64,000 nucleotides of DNA from Eledone cirrhosa (taxonomy: Eukaryota), in assembly GCA_964016885.1 (NCBI GenBank), contig OZ024743.1, forward strand, positions 99,510,001 through 99,574,000, in the 5' to 3' direction. The notes beneath the pieces are model-generated. The model did no database searches, was not told the origin of the DNA, and saw only the letters and a list, made by a program, of their open reading frames with translations. This document shows positions 1 to 12,148 of this stretch, piece after piece. Position 1 is the stretch's first letter; each line of letters starts with the position of its first letter. The translations under genes were made by a program, and so were the position numbers.

Positions 1-337
1 GGGGGCAGGAAAGAGGGAGAGAGTTATGCTACCAATAAAAATACATACACCAGTTGAGTTTAACTTTGGTTTTATTGAGTTAGGTAACTAATTCATTCAT
101 CAGATTGTTTAGTAACCAGATTGTTATTTAATTTTCAAAGATCTTTTGTCAACACCTTCTGTGACCTCCTCAATGACTAACCTTACTCCTCTCTATTTCT
201 TTTTCCTTTTGATTTCATTTTATTTACTCCATCTTTTCTAACTAGGGAATTAATTAACCCATTAACATTTATATTACCCTATATTTATTATTGTTTTTTT
301 GCAGTAAAGGCTTTACCTCACTTAATTGATTATCTCA

Positions 338-520
338 CATCATCATCATCATCATCATCAACGTTTAACGTCCGTGTTCCACGCTTGCATGGGTTTGGAC
401 GGGGGTAGTCCCACTTGAGGCAAGAGTGATTGTCTTGCTCGCATAGGACTGTCTGGCAGGTTTTCTACAGTTGGATGCCCTTCCTAACACCAACCACATT
501 TACAGTGTGGGTCTGGGAGG
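338..520 (-). mobile_element. 3' part of a family B-related SINE. Further fragments at ~10235-10515(+), ~30335-30480(-), ~31930-32040(-), ~52230-52460(+), ~53440-53655(+).
   Basis: (CAT)n tail, TTTAACGTCCG and GGATGCCCTTCCTAACACCAACC are shared with family B. Confidence 0.72.
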
Positions 521-1023
521 TTTTTAATATCGAATATATAAGATTTTGATATTATTTATTTTGAGAACAATACCTTAACATCAGTATGAGGGGCCAGTTA
601 TGGCCAGTTTGAACAGAAAGAGGTGAGAGAATTCTGGCCGGATATGGCCAGTTTAAATGCTAAAAGGTTAATTACCTGACTAATTGTAAAACCAAAGTGA
701 AACAACATGAGAATGTGTCTTTATTGGCAGTATGACCCTACCAAAATATAACAAAATCTGTTTCAAAATACACTGTTTCAATGCATTCTCAATTATAGAA
801 TGTTCATGGCAAAAAGTTTCATTTTGTCAATCCTGTCATTACTATACTTCTAATGAAAGATACTATGTTTTTTTAAAATAATTTTGAAAATAAACAAGAA
901 TTTGAAGGGTTTGCATAAAATAGTAAAATTATATTTTCCATGCTGTATCTTATACAGTGCAGGTGTGGTGTCCAGCATCTAATTAGTAAAACAACAATGG
1001 GACTAAAAAATGAGCTTCTACAA

Positions 1024-1299
1024 CAGGGATACCCAAACCTTTTAGACCATTGGGTTCTTCATGGAATTCCTGACCCCACATCAATCCTAAGTGTGTACAA
1101 TAACAAATAAGAAAAAATACAGTAAACAGAATATGAAATAAATAGGCAATAAAGACTAATTATATATAATTTTATAGCTTAATTTTATTTATTTTCATTT
1201 CTTATATAAATGTCAGGGTTTGGCCCCCAAATCCAATCAAACTCCTGAGTGAATCCACCGACACCTGGGTGTCAATATCAACCATTTTGAAGACCCCTG
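1024..1299. mobile_element. Possible hAT-type MITE
   Basis: Terminal CAGGGATACCCAAA ... TTTGAAGACCCCTG (imperfect TIR). The 8-bp flanks TTCTACAA and TACTATGC match only partly. Confidence 0.45.
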
Positions 1300-2267
1300 T
1301 ACTATGCAGTTGATTAATCTGCTAAAAGAAGCATATAATTCTCCCTCAAACCATATGTTACCATCTTAAAAGAACACAGAAAAGACATAATATCTTGAGA
1401 TAATGCTAGATATACTAAGATGGCATTATATGTTTTTAAAGTAGAAACAATTATATGTTTTTAATTGTAGGTCTACTTGATTAGAGCTGACTTGGGACTG
1501 AATAATAATCATCATTTAACAAATATACTGAACTCTCTTTTAGATCATAGACTAACTATAGATATTTTGTTGGCTGTTGAATGTCATTTCAGAACCATAA
1601 AATATATATACATACAAATGTTTTGGGAGCTCTTTATGTATTGTATTTATTATAAAGATGCATGAATTATCAGAAAATTAAGAAGTTTTCATAACAAAAG
1701 TGAGTTTTTTACAACATCACACAATAAATTTGAATTTCAACCAACTAGTGATATTAAAATGCTGTTGTAATCTGTCCTGAAGAGAATAAATATTATTGGA
1801 TCAAATTAAACATCAAATATGACAGTGTAAGTTCATATTATCCACACATTAAATATGTATTTTTTTCCTTTTTTCATACATTTGTATACATTGATATATG
1901 ATGGGTTGGAGGTTTGTACATTTGTCACTTCTGACAATAAGTGTGCCAGTTATACAAACGAAATTAACGTGCAAGTGGCTGAGCATTCCACAATCACATG
2001 TACCCTTTACATAGTCTCAGGGAGATTTCACATAACACAATGAATGACAGACAAGTTATTTGAATTATAAGTACAACTCACGTTTGTGAGCTGAGTGGAG
2101 TATCAATAAATAAAGAATCATGCTCAAGGATACAACACCCTGCTGGGAATCGAACTCACAACCTTATGATTGTGATCTAAACACTCTAATCACTAAACCA
2201 CTTGCCTTAATACATTGATAGATATAAGAAGAAATTCACACACACTCAACTTTATATATAAACACAA

Positions 2268-2555
2268 TATGTGTATGTCTATCTGTCTGTCTGTCTATCT
2301 GTCTGTATGTCTGTCTGTATGTCTATCTGTGTGTATGTCTGTATGTCTATCTGTCTGTCTGTCTGTATGTCTATCTGTGTGTATGTCTGTATGTCTATCT
2401 GTATGTCTGTCTGTATGTCTGTCTGTATGTCTGTCTGTATGTCTGTCTATGTCTGTCTGTCTATCTGTCTGTCTATCTGTCTGTATGTCTGTCTGTCTGC
2501 CTGTCTACCCATCTGTCTGTCTACCCATCTGTCTACCCGTCTGTCTGTCTGTCTA
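2268..2555. repeat. Compound tetranucleotide microsatellite (TCTG/TATG/TCTA)n
   Basis: Directly visible. Confidence 0.95.
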
Positions 2556-2611
2556 TAACAAGTAGTAACATATATAGCAGGGCAGTTTCTCTGCTAGTAA
2601 GAATATAATAT

Positions 2612-2915
2612 AACTTTTGGAAACATTTGTTCATGCTCAGAGTTGCTGAATCATGGAACAAACTACCCGCATCAGTTGCTAGCTGTCAAGACACAGCATC
2701 CTTTAAAACCTCCATGTTTCCCAAATATCGCCAACACTACACCCGATATTCCCCAATATTCCCCCTCCATACACATGCATGTATCCGTGTGTATATCCTG
2801 ATTCATACACTGTTCACATTCCTAAACATTTGTACATTATTCTATGCATGCACCTTTGATGAGTTGTAGTGCACCTGAGCGTTGTACACAATAATTTCAT
2901 CATTATTATTATTTT
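2612..2915 (+). mobile_element. Short 3' fragment of the CR1-like LINE
   Basis: LRVAESWNKLPASVASC plus the same 3' UTR and ATT tail. Confidence 0.88.
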
Positions 2916-3244
2916 ATAAAGAGTAGTCAATCTATGATAATAGAGTTTCAGTCAAGCATCTGTGAAAAGTAAATATTCAAAGAAAAGCAGTTATGTCAAA
3001 GGTAATCTCATGAGCCTGGACTAGGAAGAAATAGAATGATCTATTAGTATAATGTGTAACTGTAAATGTATAAATACACAAACCAGCAATAACACACACA
3101 CACACATGCACACAGATGAACAAGAGAAAATACACTTGTCCCCATACATACACACAAAATAGTGCACATGCGTGCCTACACCAAGATATACACTAGCACA
3201 CATATGAACAAGAGTGTAGGCGCATCCTTCTCCTACATCTTGCA

Positions 3245-3316
3245 TACACACACACATATATATATATATATGTCTACAGACATAAGTGTGAGAACAAAAA
3301 CATACACTTATCTTCA

Positions 3317-3359
<43 letters not shown>

Positions 3360-3407
3360 GTCTACAAACACAAGTGTGAGAAGAAAAACATACACTTATC
3401 TTCACGC

Positions 3408-3445
<38 letters not shown>

Positions 3446-3577
3446 GTCTACAAACACAAGTGTGAGAAGAAAAACATACACTTATCTTCACGCACACACA
3501 CATGAAATAGTGCACATGCATGCCTCCAAGAAAACACATTGTCACAAGTGAACATACATGCTTCTCCTGCATCATAA

Positions 3578-3612
<35 letters not shown>

Positions 3613-3622
3613 TATACACACA
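3245..3622. repeat. Three tandem copies of a ~55-bp unit separated by (CA)n runs, within a CA-rich region
   Basis: TATATGTCTACA(A/G)ACA(C/T)AAGTGTGAGAA(G/C)AAAAACATACACTTATCTTCACGC at ~3267, ~3355 and ~3441. Confidence 0.88.
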
Positions 3623-4726
3623 AATATTTTGATGCTAATTATTGAGTGAGGAATTTTCTAACATTTTCTACTGCAAAGGATTAAATAAAAATTACTATCA
3701 TGATTTTCTTTCTATTACTGTTACAAGACAAAGAGTGCTTATGCTAAGATCTTTGTAGTTAGACTTACCTACATGTTCCAAATTAGAACAAAACTTACCA
3801 CATCCTATAAAAGATATTAGCAATTAGCATAAGGACCTCTTTTCCAAATAAGGACACAATACAGTAAAAAGATTAAAGCCAAATCAAACTAATTATTTTA
3901 TATACCACATGTAATTTACTTTGGTTTGGTTTTTCATAGAAATAGCTAAACAATGAAAATAGCATAAAAATATATCATAAAGACTTGCTAAAGAATAATT
4001 TGGGATGACTTTTATATTAAGAAAGTTGAGAAGGATTAAGCATATATAAATACAGTGGAGACATAAAGGCCACACAGTAGAGAGAAATCTTGATATATGA
4101 AATCTTTATATATGAAAAATTTTGATATATGAAAGAAGTGAATGAATATGAAGGCACATGAATGACCTAGTGGTTAAGATGCTGGTCACACAATTGATAG
4201 GTCATGGGTTTGGTACTCATGCACAGCACATCGCTCCAGTCTACTCAGCTGAAAAAATTGTCTTTGCAACAGTCAGAAAGGTTGTCACAGACTGGTATAC
4301 CATCCAGGTAATGTACTCTCAGTTACTTAACACTACATGAAACTGGCATCTAAGTTGTAAGCCACAATTTTACATCTGATTAGAATAAATTTTGTATAGT
4401 GATACATCTTTTAAAGGAGAACATTATAGACTATGTGACCTTTTTTTTACAACTTCTAAAATCCTGGACAAAGTTGAGTATAGTTTAAAATCTGAGTGAA
4501 AAGTGTCCTGTAATGTATCACTTCATTAAGGTTACATTAACACATCAAGTGGGTCCCACACCTTTTCAAGGCACTGAAAATCATATAACTTTTACTAGTT
4601 ATATATATAAAATATATTTCTAATTATATATTATTTCATTTATTTCTGAGGATTTACTGAACATGGACATAATGTGAGTGAATAGAAGACATATTCCTAT
4701 TCCGCTCTCATGGATTGTTACATAAT

Positions 4727-4836
4727 TGTTTCTACGTTAGGCACAAGGCCAGCAATTACCCAGTGCATTACTGGTACTTTATTTTATCGACCCCGTAAGG
4801 ATGAAAGGCAAAGTCAATCTCGGCGGGATTTGAACT
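4727..4836 (-). mobile_element. 5'-truncated SINE family A copy with TSD
   Basis: Same core in reverse. Flanks CTCATGGATTGTTACATAAT (4707-4726) and CTCATGAATGGTTACATAAT (4835-4854). Confidence 0.82.
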
Positions 4837-4992
4837 CATGAATGGTTACATAATGGCAATGAAATGCATTAGATAATAGAATCTAATAAATCTTTCTTGA
4901 AACCTCTCTTTACTTCTTGCCTGGTTTGTCCTATTACAATATTTATACTAAATTATTCTGTGAATTCTTAGAATTTTGTACCATACATGAAA

Positions 4993-5087
4993 ATTCCTGA
5001 CATTTGTACATTATTCTATGTACTATACATGCACCTTTGATGAGTTGTAGTGCACCTGAGCACTGTACACAATAATTTCATTATTAT
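4993..5087 (+). mobile_element. 3' UTR-only fragment of the CR1-like LINE
   Basis: CCTGACATTTGTACATTATTCTATGTACTATACATGCACCTTTGATGAGTTGTAGTGCACCTGAGCACTGTACACAATAATTTCATTATTA matches ~32909-33000. Confidence 0.88.
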
Positions 5088-5149
5088 AAGATTTAACATC
5101 TGGATAATTAATAATAAATATTTGCTCCATGGGTTTATATATTCTTATA

Positions 5150-7025
5150 TATATACAGTCCTTACTGAGCCCTCTTTGGATTTTGGTCTTTGTATTTATT
5201 ATGGCGTGCCTGCTCATAATTTGGAAACTGTTACTTGGGATTATTGGGAACAAGATATACAAACATCTTGAATGGGTGAATCTCCTCCCAAATGAACAAA
5301 AAGGGTGTCGTGGAGGGTCCAGGATAACAAAAGACCAGTTGTTAATTGAGAAGGCAATTCTAAGAAACTGCTGGAGAATGAAAAAGAACTTGGCAATGAC
5401 TTTCATAGATTACAAGAATGCCTATGATATGGTCCCCATTCTTGGTTAAAGGAAGCTCTCAACCTTGTAGGTGTAGCAGATAACATCAAGGAAATGCTAT
5501 TGAACAGCATGGAGCAGTGGAGAATGGAATTGTCATCTGGTAAGGAAGTTCTAAGAGCGATTCACATCAGACGAGCTATTTTCCAAGTGGACTCATATTT
5601 GTTATCATTATATGGATTCTCCTTATTCGTGTTCTTAGAGAAACAAATTGTGGATATTATATTTCGAAAGGTCCCATGCCTATAAACCACCTATATTTCA
5701 TGGGCTATTTAAAGGTGTATGGTTGTAATGAAAGAGAACTTGATTCACTTGTCCACACAGTGAGAATTGTAGCTGATGATATGGGCATGGAGTTTGGTTT
5801 AGACAACTGCAAAATGTTGTCAATGAAAAAATTGATTGAGATCGATGGTATTGAAATGTCTGATGAAGAATGTCACAATTGAAGAAATAGGTAACAAATA
5901 CTTGGGAATGTTGCAGTAATTAGAACAGGAGAAATGAAGGAAAAGATTGAGAAGGAATACAGGAAGTATAACATCTGAAATAACACAATGGGTTTTGGGA
6001 GTAGTGAGGTATAGTGCTGGAATAGTGGATGAAACAAGGCCTTACAAGAAATAATAGATGCATATGCAAGTTCTTAACATGCAATGGGTGCTTACACCCA
6101 CGGGCAAATATTGCAAGACAAGGAAGGAAGATGGGAGAGATTTAATTTTGGTTGAGCAATGTGTATGTAGTGAATGCAACAGCTGTGGGACCATCTGACA
6201 TTAATTGAAGAACCACTGCTCCGAGAAGTTCTGAAGAAAGATTTTATAACAGAACGTCAAGGTAAAAAAAGCATACAACAAAACCTTTAGAGAGAAACAA
6301 GAACGGACATGGAAAAATGGCTATTCGTGGCAAATTTCCAAGTGTCATTGTTGATCCTAGGTCTTGGCTTTGGCTTAGGTCAGGTTGGGTTTAAAAGAGC
6401 ACTGAGGTTATTATCACTTCTACACAATCCAGCCACTCAGAACCAATTAAGTAAAAGTTAACATCAATAGACTCTCCACTTTGCAGAGTATGCCATAAAG
6501 CAGACGAATCTGTAATATATATTGCTAGTGAGCAATTAACAAAAAGATGCTATAAAATCCAGCATGATCTTATAGAAAAATGAGTCCATTAGGAGTTGCG
6601 CAAAAAAATATTGAAATGCAATGTCAGTTGTATGAACATAGACCTCTTGAATCCTATCAGGTAAGGGAGTAGAGTTATTTTAGGACCGCAAGATCAAGAC
6701 CACAAAGTCCAACAAAACTGCCCTGGTATTGTTGTAAAAACAAACCCTCCAAAATGAACTCATTGCAGTCCCTCAAGACCCTAATGTGGCTGAAAAGGGA
6801 ATGGGAAAGATCAATAAATATGTAGACCTTGCAGATACTATTAGAACTGAGCACCATGTAGAGACTGAAGTCATGCCAATCATCATTGGAGCTATGGGTA
6901 TGGTTCCTAAACACCTTCTGTCTTTCATCAAAAACCATAGAATCCCCGATTTCATAGGCAGTGCCCAAATTTCTACCATCACTAGCACTGCCAGAATCCT
7001 GTGTGATGTATTGAGGGCCATATAA
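5150..7025 (+). mobile_element. Decayed non-LTR retrotransposon, RT plus restriction-like endonuclease (R4/Dong-like clade)
   Basis: Frameshifted fragments in order: [24 protein letters not shown]...[11 protein letters not shown] (RT), INHLYFMGYLKVY (degenerate FMDD site), SPLCRVCHKADESV (CCHC knuckle remnant, ~6472-6530), KINKYVDLA...VMPIIIGAMGMVPKHL (RLE C-terminus). Many stops and frameshifts. Confidence 0.85.
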
Positions 7026-8189
7026 CAATGAGAAAACTCATCGCTAGAACATCCATTAAAACAGCTAAATGCTGTCAAAAACAGCAATGGGCAAAAATGT
7101 CTCAGAAGACAGAGACCAGTGACCAGTGGTCAACAGAGAGACAATCCACAAGGTAGGTGACAGACGAAATATAGAAAAGATTTAAATTGGAGGAGGACAA
7201 GAAGTGTGTTGGTGCACAGAAGAGACTGGAAAAAGGAAATAAAGAAAGGTGATGTACATAAGTTTACACACATCTCCATGCTCATCAGCTCTCAAACCAG
7301 CAAAATGGTTTTGCATGATTTAATTGAGAGTATATATAACATGCTTCATACATTTTCCTGATTAAAAATTTAACTTCTGGCTACAGAAGAAAACATTTTC
7401 CCAAGGTGCCACACAGTGACAGTGGCACTGAACCCACAGCCATGTGATGGTAAAATAAACTTTTTTACCACACAACTCTGGTGAAAACGTGAAATAATAT
7501 AACATTACAACAAAAACCCTCATCTACTACAAATGAAGATGCATTATGTTATCAATCAGATAATCCTCAAACATAAGTCTAAGGAAACAAAAATATACAT
7601 ACATTAATAATAATGAACAAAATCAATTTGTGATATTAATGTATCACAAATAAAGAAAAACAGATATTATACAAAAAGAACAATTAAAACAAAAATTTAA
7701 AAATATAATAAACTATTCTAGTAATCCTATTTATGGGATGATTGCTAATATCAGGGTAACATAACTGATTATATTTTAATACCCACTCAGTCATTTAATC
7801 ATATAACTGTAAAGCCATGCATCATTAGTATAAACAATTGGAAATTAAGGCCAGACCAAAGAACATATATTATTGTTTAAGGCAAAAATAAGCACTAGGG
7901 TCAATATGATTGGACCAAAATCACTGGAAGATGTTGTTTCCCAACATTAGTATACTCTAATGACTGAAACTAGTATTAAATCCTATGAAAAATAATATAT
8001 ATATATATATATGAAGTGTTTGCAAGATGGAGACCAGGAAGACAATAGATGAGGGCTATGTTCAATGTATGTTTAGGTGCAGTATTGTTATAGTGTAATT
8101 GATAAAATCTGAGTGTAGGGCCTACTTAATTTTGGCTGGCCTGTTAGCTGGCTGGCTTTGAACTATATATATAAACTCACATATCTGAC

Positions 8190-8445
8190 CAGATGTCGAA
8201 AAAGCATAAGAGGAAATGTATGTAGTGTTGGTATGCTTTGTATGCATTGGTAGAGATATGTGATGGGTATGGAAGATGGCAGCTGTATAAGTGAATGTAG
8301 ATAAATACCAGTGACTGGGATCCAGACTGAGGAAGACTTAGGACAAGGTGGTGAAGACATACCTTAAGAATCTAAACCTCACAACAGAAATGACAAAGGA
8401 CAGCAAGTGCTGGCATTATGCTGTGCTAGTGAAGACCTGACCTCC
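8190..8445 (+). mobile_element. Highly decayed RTE-clade LINE 3' fragment, probably the family at 9545-10030
   Basis: ...ATGACAAAGGACAGCAAGTGCTGGCATTATGCTGTGCTAGTGAAGACC resembles the reverse complement of ~9600-9655. Confidence 0.55.
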
Positions 8446-9544
8446 AGCATAAAATGTAACCTGACCCATCCCCATCTCTCCCACCTCTACTATCACTCCC
8501 TAAATATCCTCAAATCACTGCACACCCCTCTTCATCCATGCCCCCTCTCTCCACCTGCATGCACACCAGCCTGCCCATTTCCCCTCCTCTACACTCCTTA
8601 GCTATTCTCTCCACTACTAGAGTCCCCCCCCCAAAAAAATCCTTATACACTGGTGCCCCCCCCCCCACCACCAAGACGCTATTAAGTACACCATCCATGC
8701 CTCCATGGAAATATTTTTTCCTTGGTCTGATTTGACAAGGTCCACCCTTACTCTGCAAGCAAATGAGTTCTGAGATCTTGTCAATCGATCAGTCTTCTCC
8801 TCTGAAGCTCTAACAATTATGTCAAACCACTGCTCTGGACTGCTACTGTATTATATCAACACAAAAAAAAAGGAAAAATTGGCCTTAGTGAGATTTGATT
8901 TCAGAGCAGAGAGAACCAAAACAAATACTACAAGACACATTTTATCCTATGCTCTAATGACTCAGCCAATTCATTGATTTTTAATTGATCAGGTCTGAAT
9001 GTTAGCTGTAGCTACAATCCAGCTGCAATATACCAATCCTTTTATAGATGAACTAATGCACTCCAATAGATATGTCTGTTGGGATATTGGCTGCTGGCTA
9101 CCAACGTCTTGAAATGAAATTTCATAGAAAGATTGAAAATAGTTACAAACATATAGAAATGTCTTTCCAATGTGAAAAATCCAAGCAGATTTTTATTTGA
9201 TGTATAAAGTTAGACATCTAACACAAATCTTTCTCGTAAAGCACTAGATAGATAAAAAGCTGAAAGTTCTAATTTCACACCAATACATTTCTTTTTTGTG
9301 TTTGGCTTAATATCTGGAATTATTTATAGCTATCTATCTAGTTTTTATCTATCGTACTATGAGAGGCTAGTCTCTGTAGTTAATGAAGGAGCATATAAGT
9401 GTTGTTAGTGGAGGGATTGAATATGGATAGATCACATGCTATCTATTATTATTGATTAGGTGTTGTGAATAGAATGAAGGCTGATAGAAAAGGAAGCTAG
9501 TGAATAGGATAGTAGCTAGAGGCTTAAGAGGAGTATACTTAACC

Positions 9545-10030
9545 TCCATCACCACCACTCTATTTTATAACCCTTTTTCTCTGCTTGTAAAAGTGGGCAG
9601 GGCTTTTCCAGCACAGTAAGATGCCAACTATCACAATCTTTTGTCATCTTCTCCATGAAATTCAGCTACGTAGCCTCATGTCTTGGTTTCCATATTCAAC
9701 AGGTTCCTTCCACTTCAAGCATGCAGTATTTCATTATAAAACTGACATCTTCTATGTGCATCATATGTTCATACCAGCACAGTATTCTCACTTGTACACT
9801 ACATGTCATTCTTCTTATATCCAGTTTTTCTCTCAGTTCATTTGTGCTTTGTTCAGGCACACTAACATTATCCACCAAACAAAATATTCTTACTTCATTT
9901 TTTGTTAGCCATTTCAGATCCTCTGCATTTATGGCACACATCTTGCTACTAAGCAGCACTGTACTTCATATACAGACATCGTACTATCTGCCCTTTATTT
10001 TGAGTGGGAAAGCCTTTATTGACAGCTGAG
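9545..10030 (-). mobile_element. Decayed RTE-clade LINE 3' fragment
   Basis: Minus-strand ELREKLDIRRMTCSVQVRILCWYEHMMHIEDVSFIMKYCMLEVEGTC resembles the RTE ORF C-terminal RLRWYGHVMRM...VEG motif. It is followed by a short 3' end and a (GGT/GAT)-type tail. Confidence 0.7.
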
Positions 10031-10846
10031 GGACCAGTTCTTTGAAGTTTTTCCATTCTGTTTTGACTCAGGCAGGCTACTATACTTTCAGTACACCCAC
10101 CACCAATTAAATTGATTCCATTAAAAGATTTATATTTTATTTTATTGATCTTGGGATGATGAAAAGCTAAGTTAACAACAGCAGGATTTGAACTCAGAAC
10201 ACAAAACATGCAGACAAAATATAGCAAGCCAATAATGTAAAGTGGTAGTGCTGGTGCCACAATAAAATACACCCAGCCAGCCCACAATGTAAAATGGTAG
10301 TGCTGGTGCCATGATAAAATGCCAACAATCCACACTGTAAAGTGGTTATCATTAGGAAGAGCATCTAGCCAAAAAAACCAAGATGTGGTAATCAGACATG
10401 CCTGGTCTTACAATGTAACAACCTGTCACATGCCTGGTCTTACAATGTGACAACCTGTGCCATGCCAACATGGAGGAAAGCAGACATAAAATAATGATGA
10501 TGATGATGGTGATGCAAGGTCACATTTATCTGTGAAAGCTATCTTCAGATTTACTTGATGCTAGTTTCTTTCTATTTAGATAAAAGAAAAAGATGGCTAA
10601 TCATCAATCAGAAAATGTAATACAAGATATTACATTTTGATTTGTTTTCCTTATGAAAGAATCTAAAAATAAGTTTTCAGTTTAAATATTTTTTCTTTTT
10701 CTTTCTCTTTCTAAATATTTTGGACAATTTCCTGAGCTGTTTTATATCTGGAGGGCTAGAAATCTATAACGAAAAAACTGGTGGGGGACAAAAAGGTATT
10801 GATTTATTGTTTGTTTATTTACAAAGCTTTGATTGCTCACTGATTC

Positions 10847-10877
<31 letters not shown>

Positions 10878-11049
10878 ACCCCACACCAGAAGCAATTGTT
10901 CTGATCTGGATATATTAAAGACCAAAATTATACCATACCATTTGTTCTAGGCAGTAAAATAATTTTTTCACATCTATTCATTCTATAACACTATTTCTTG
11001 TTTCCCAGACTTTCTTCAAAATAATGTTTCTTTTATTATCACTTGGTGA

Positions 11050-11340
11050 TGGTGTGTGGCTTTGTGGTTAGAGTGTTTGGCTTGTGATCATAACACAATC
11101 AGTTTGATTCCTCCCCACACATGGTTTTCAGCAAGATGCTTTTTTTCTTATTGCTCCTATTTACTCAGCTGGAATAAATGAGTCGCACCTGTAATTCAAA
11201 GGGCCAGCCATGTAACACAATGTGTCATACTGAAGCTCTCTGAGAACTACATTAAGGGTACATGTGTCTGGGAATGCTCAGCCACATGCACATTCATTTC
11301 AAGAGCAGGCTGTTCTATTGTTCAAAGATCTGGAATATTC
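11050..11340 (+). mobile_element. Diverged tRNA-headed SINE of a third type. Related pieces at ~1960-2206(-) and ~30485-30720(-).
   Basis: GTGGCTTTGTGGTTAGAG head. The body AAGGGTACATGTGTCTGGGAATGCTCAGCCACATGCAC matches the reverse complement of GTGCAAGTGGCTGAGCATTCCACAATCACATGTACCCTT at ~1969-2007. Confidence 0.65.
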
Positions 11341-11746
11341 ATCATAAGAACCAATGGAGGTTCAACACACACACACACACATTATTATATCTTTTTCATA
11401 AACAATACCACCAACAGTACTTCCACCAACAACACTATTTCTACCACCAACACCACTACCACTCTCATCCTTTTCTCCATGCTGGCATGATTGGATGTGA
11501 CTTTGTTCTTAAGGTAGAATATTAAGGCAAAATTCTTCCTTAAAATCACTACTTAAAGATCAGTTGTTCAATGCCCAGGTTTACAGGACACCCTGATTAC
11601 GATATTATTGACACTTATTTAATAATCTTCAAAACAATAAGATGTATTTATGGTATCAGAAGTTGAACATGAAAGTAAATGTATATCTAAACCCAGTGCC
11701 ATATCTAGAGTGTTTTACACACTTTCATTATTAGCACCAACTAGGG

Positions 11747-11930
11747 TGGTGGATTGGCAGTATCGGTAGAGGGTCAGACGCCATGCTTTGACGCATAGAG
11801 TTACGGCCCTTGCCATTCTGAATTCAAATCCCGCAGAGGTTAACTTTGCCTTTCATCCTTACGGGGTCGATAAAATAAAGTACCAGTAATACACTGGGTA
11901 ATTGCTGGCCTTGTGCCAAAAGTAGAAACA
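11747..11930 (+). mobile_element. Full-length tRNA-derived SINE (family A, probably with a MetaSINE-type core) with target-site duplication
   Basis: A-box-like TGGCAGTATCGG, B-box-like GAATTCAAATCCC, core CCTTTCATCCTTACGGGGTCGATAAAATAAAGTACCAG. Flanked by direct repeat ATTATTAGCACCAACTAGGG (11727-11746 and 11931-11950). Confidence 0.88.
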
Positions 11931-11950
11931 ATTATTAGCACCAACTAGGG

Positions 11951-12148
11951 CAATAGGCTGTTGGAATCATAAGAGCATTGCACAAAATGCTTTATAGCTC
12001 TTAATTACTGCCCAAGTTCAAATCCTGCTGAGGTTAGTTTTGCTTTTTATTCTTCCAGGATCAATAAAATAAAGTACCAGTAAATTACTTAGTTCGATTT
12101 GACTTTTCGTTCCCTAAAATTACTGACCTTGGGCCTATCTTAGAAACA
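11951..12148 (+). mobile_element. Older, diverged SINE family A copy directly downstream of the previous one
   Basis: GTTCAAATCCTGCTGAGGTTAG...CAATAAAATAAAGTACCAGTAA...TAGAAACAATTAT. Confidence 0.8.

Noticed and set aside
2215-3623. Cys/Val/Ser- or His/Thr-rich ORFs
   Set aside because: These are translations of TCTG and CA microsatellites. The same applies to ORFs at 29658, 35706-36035, 50333-50577 and 52728-53095.
10396-10458. Small local duplications (31 bp here; also ~28178-28230 and ~29108-29140)
   Set aside because: Ordinary two-copy slippage duplications inside decayed repeats.
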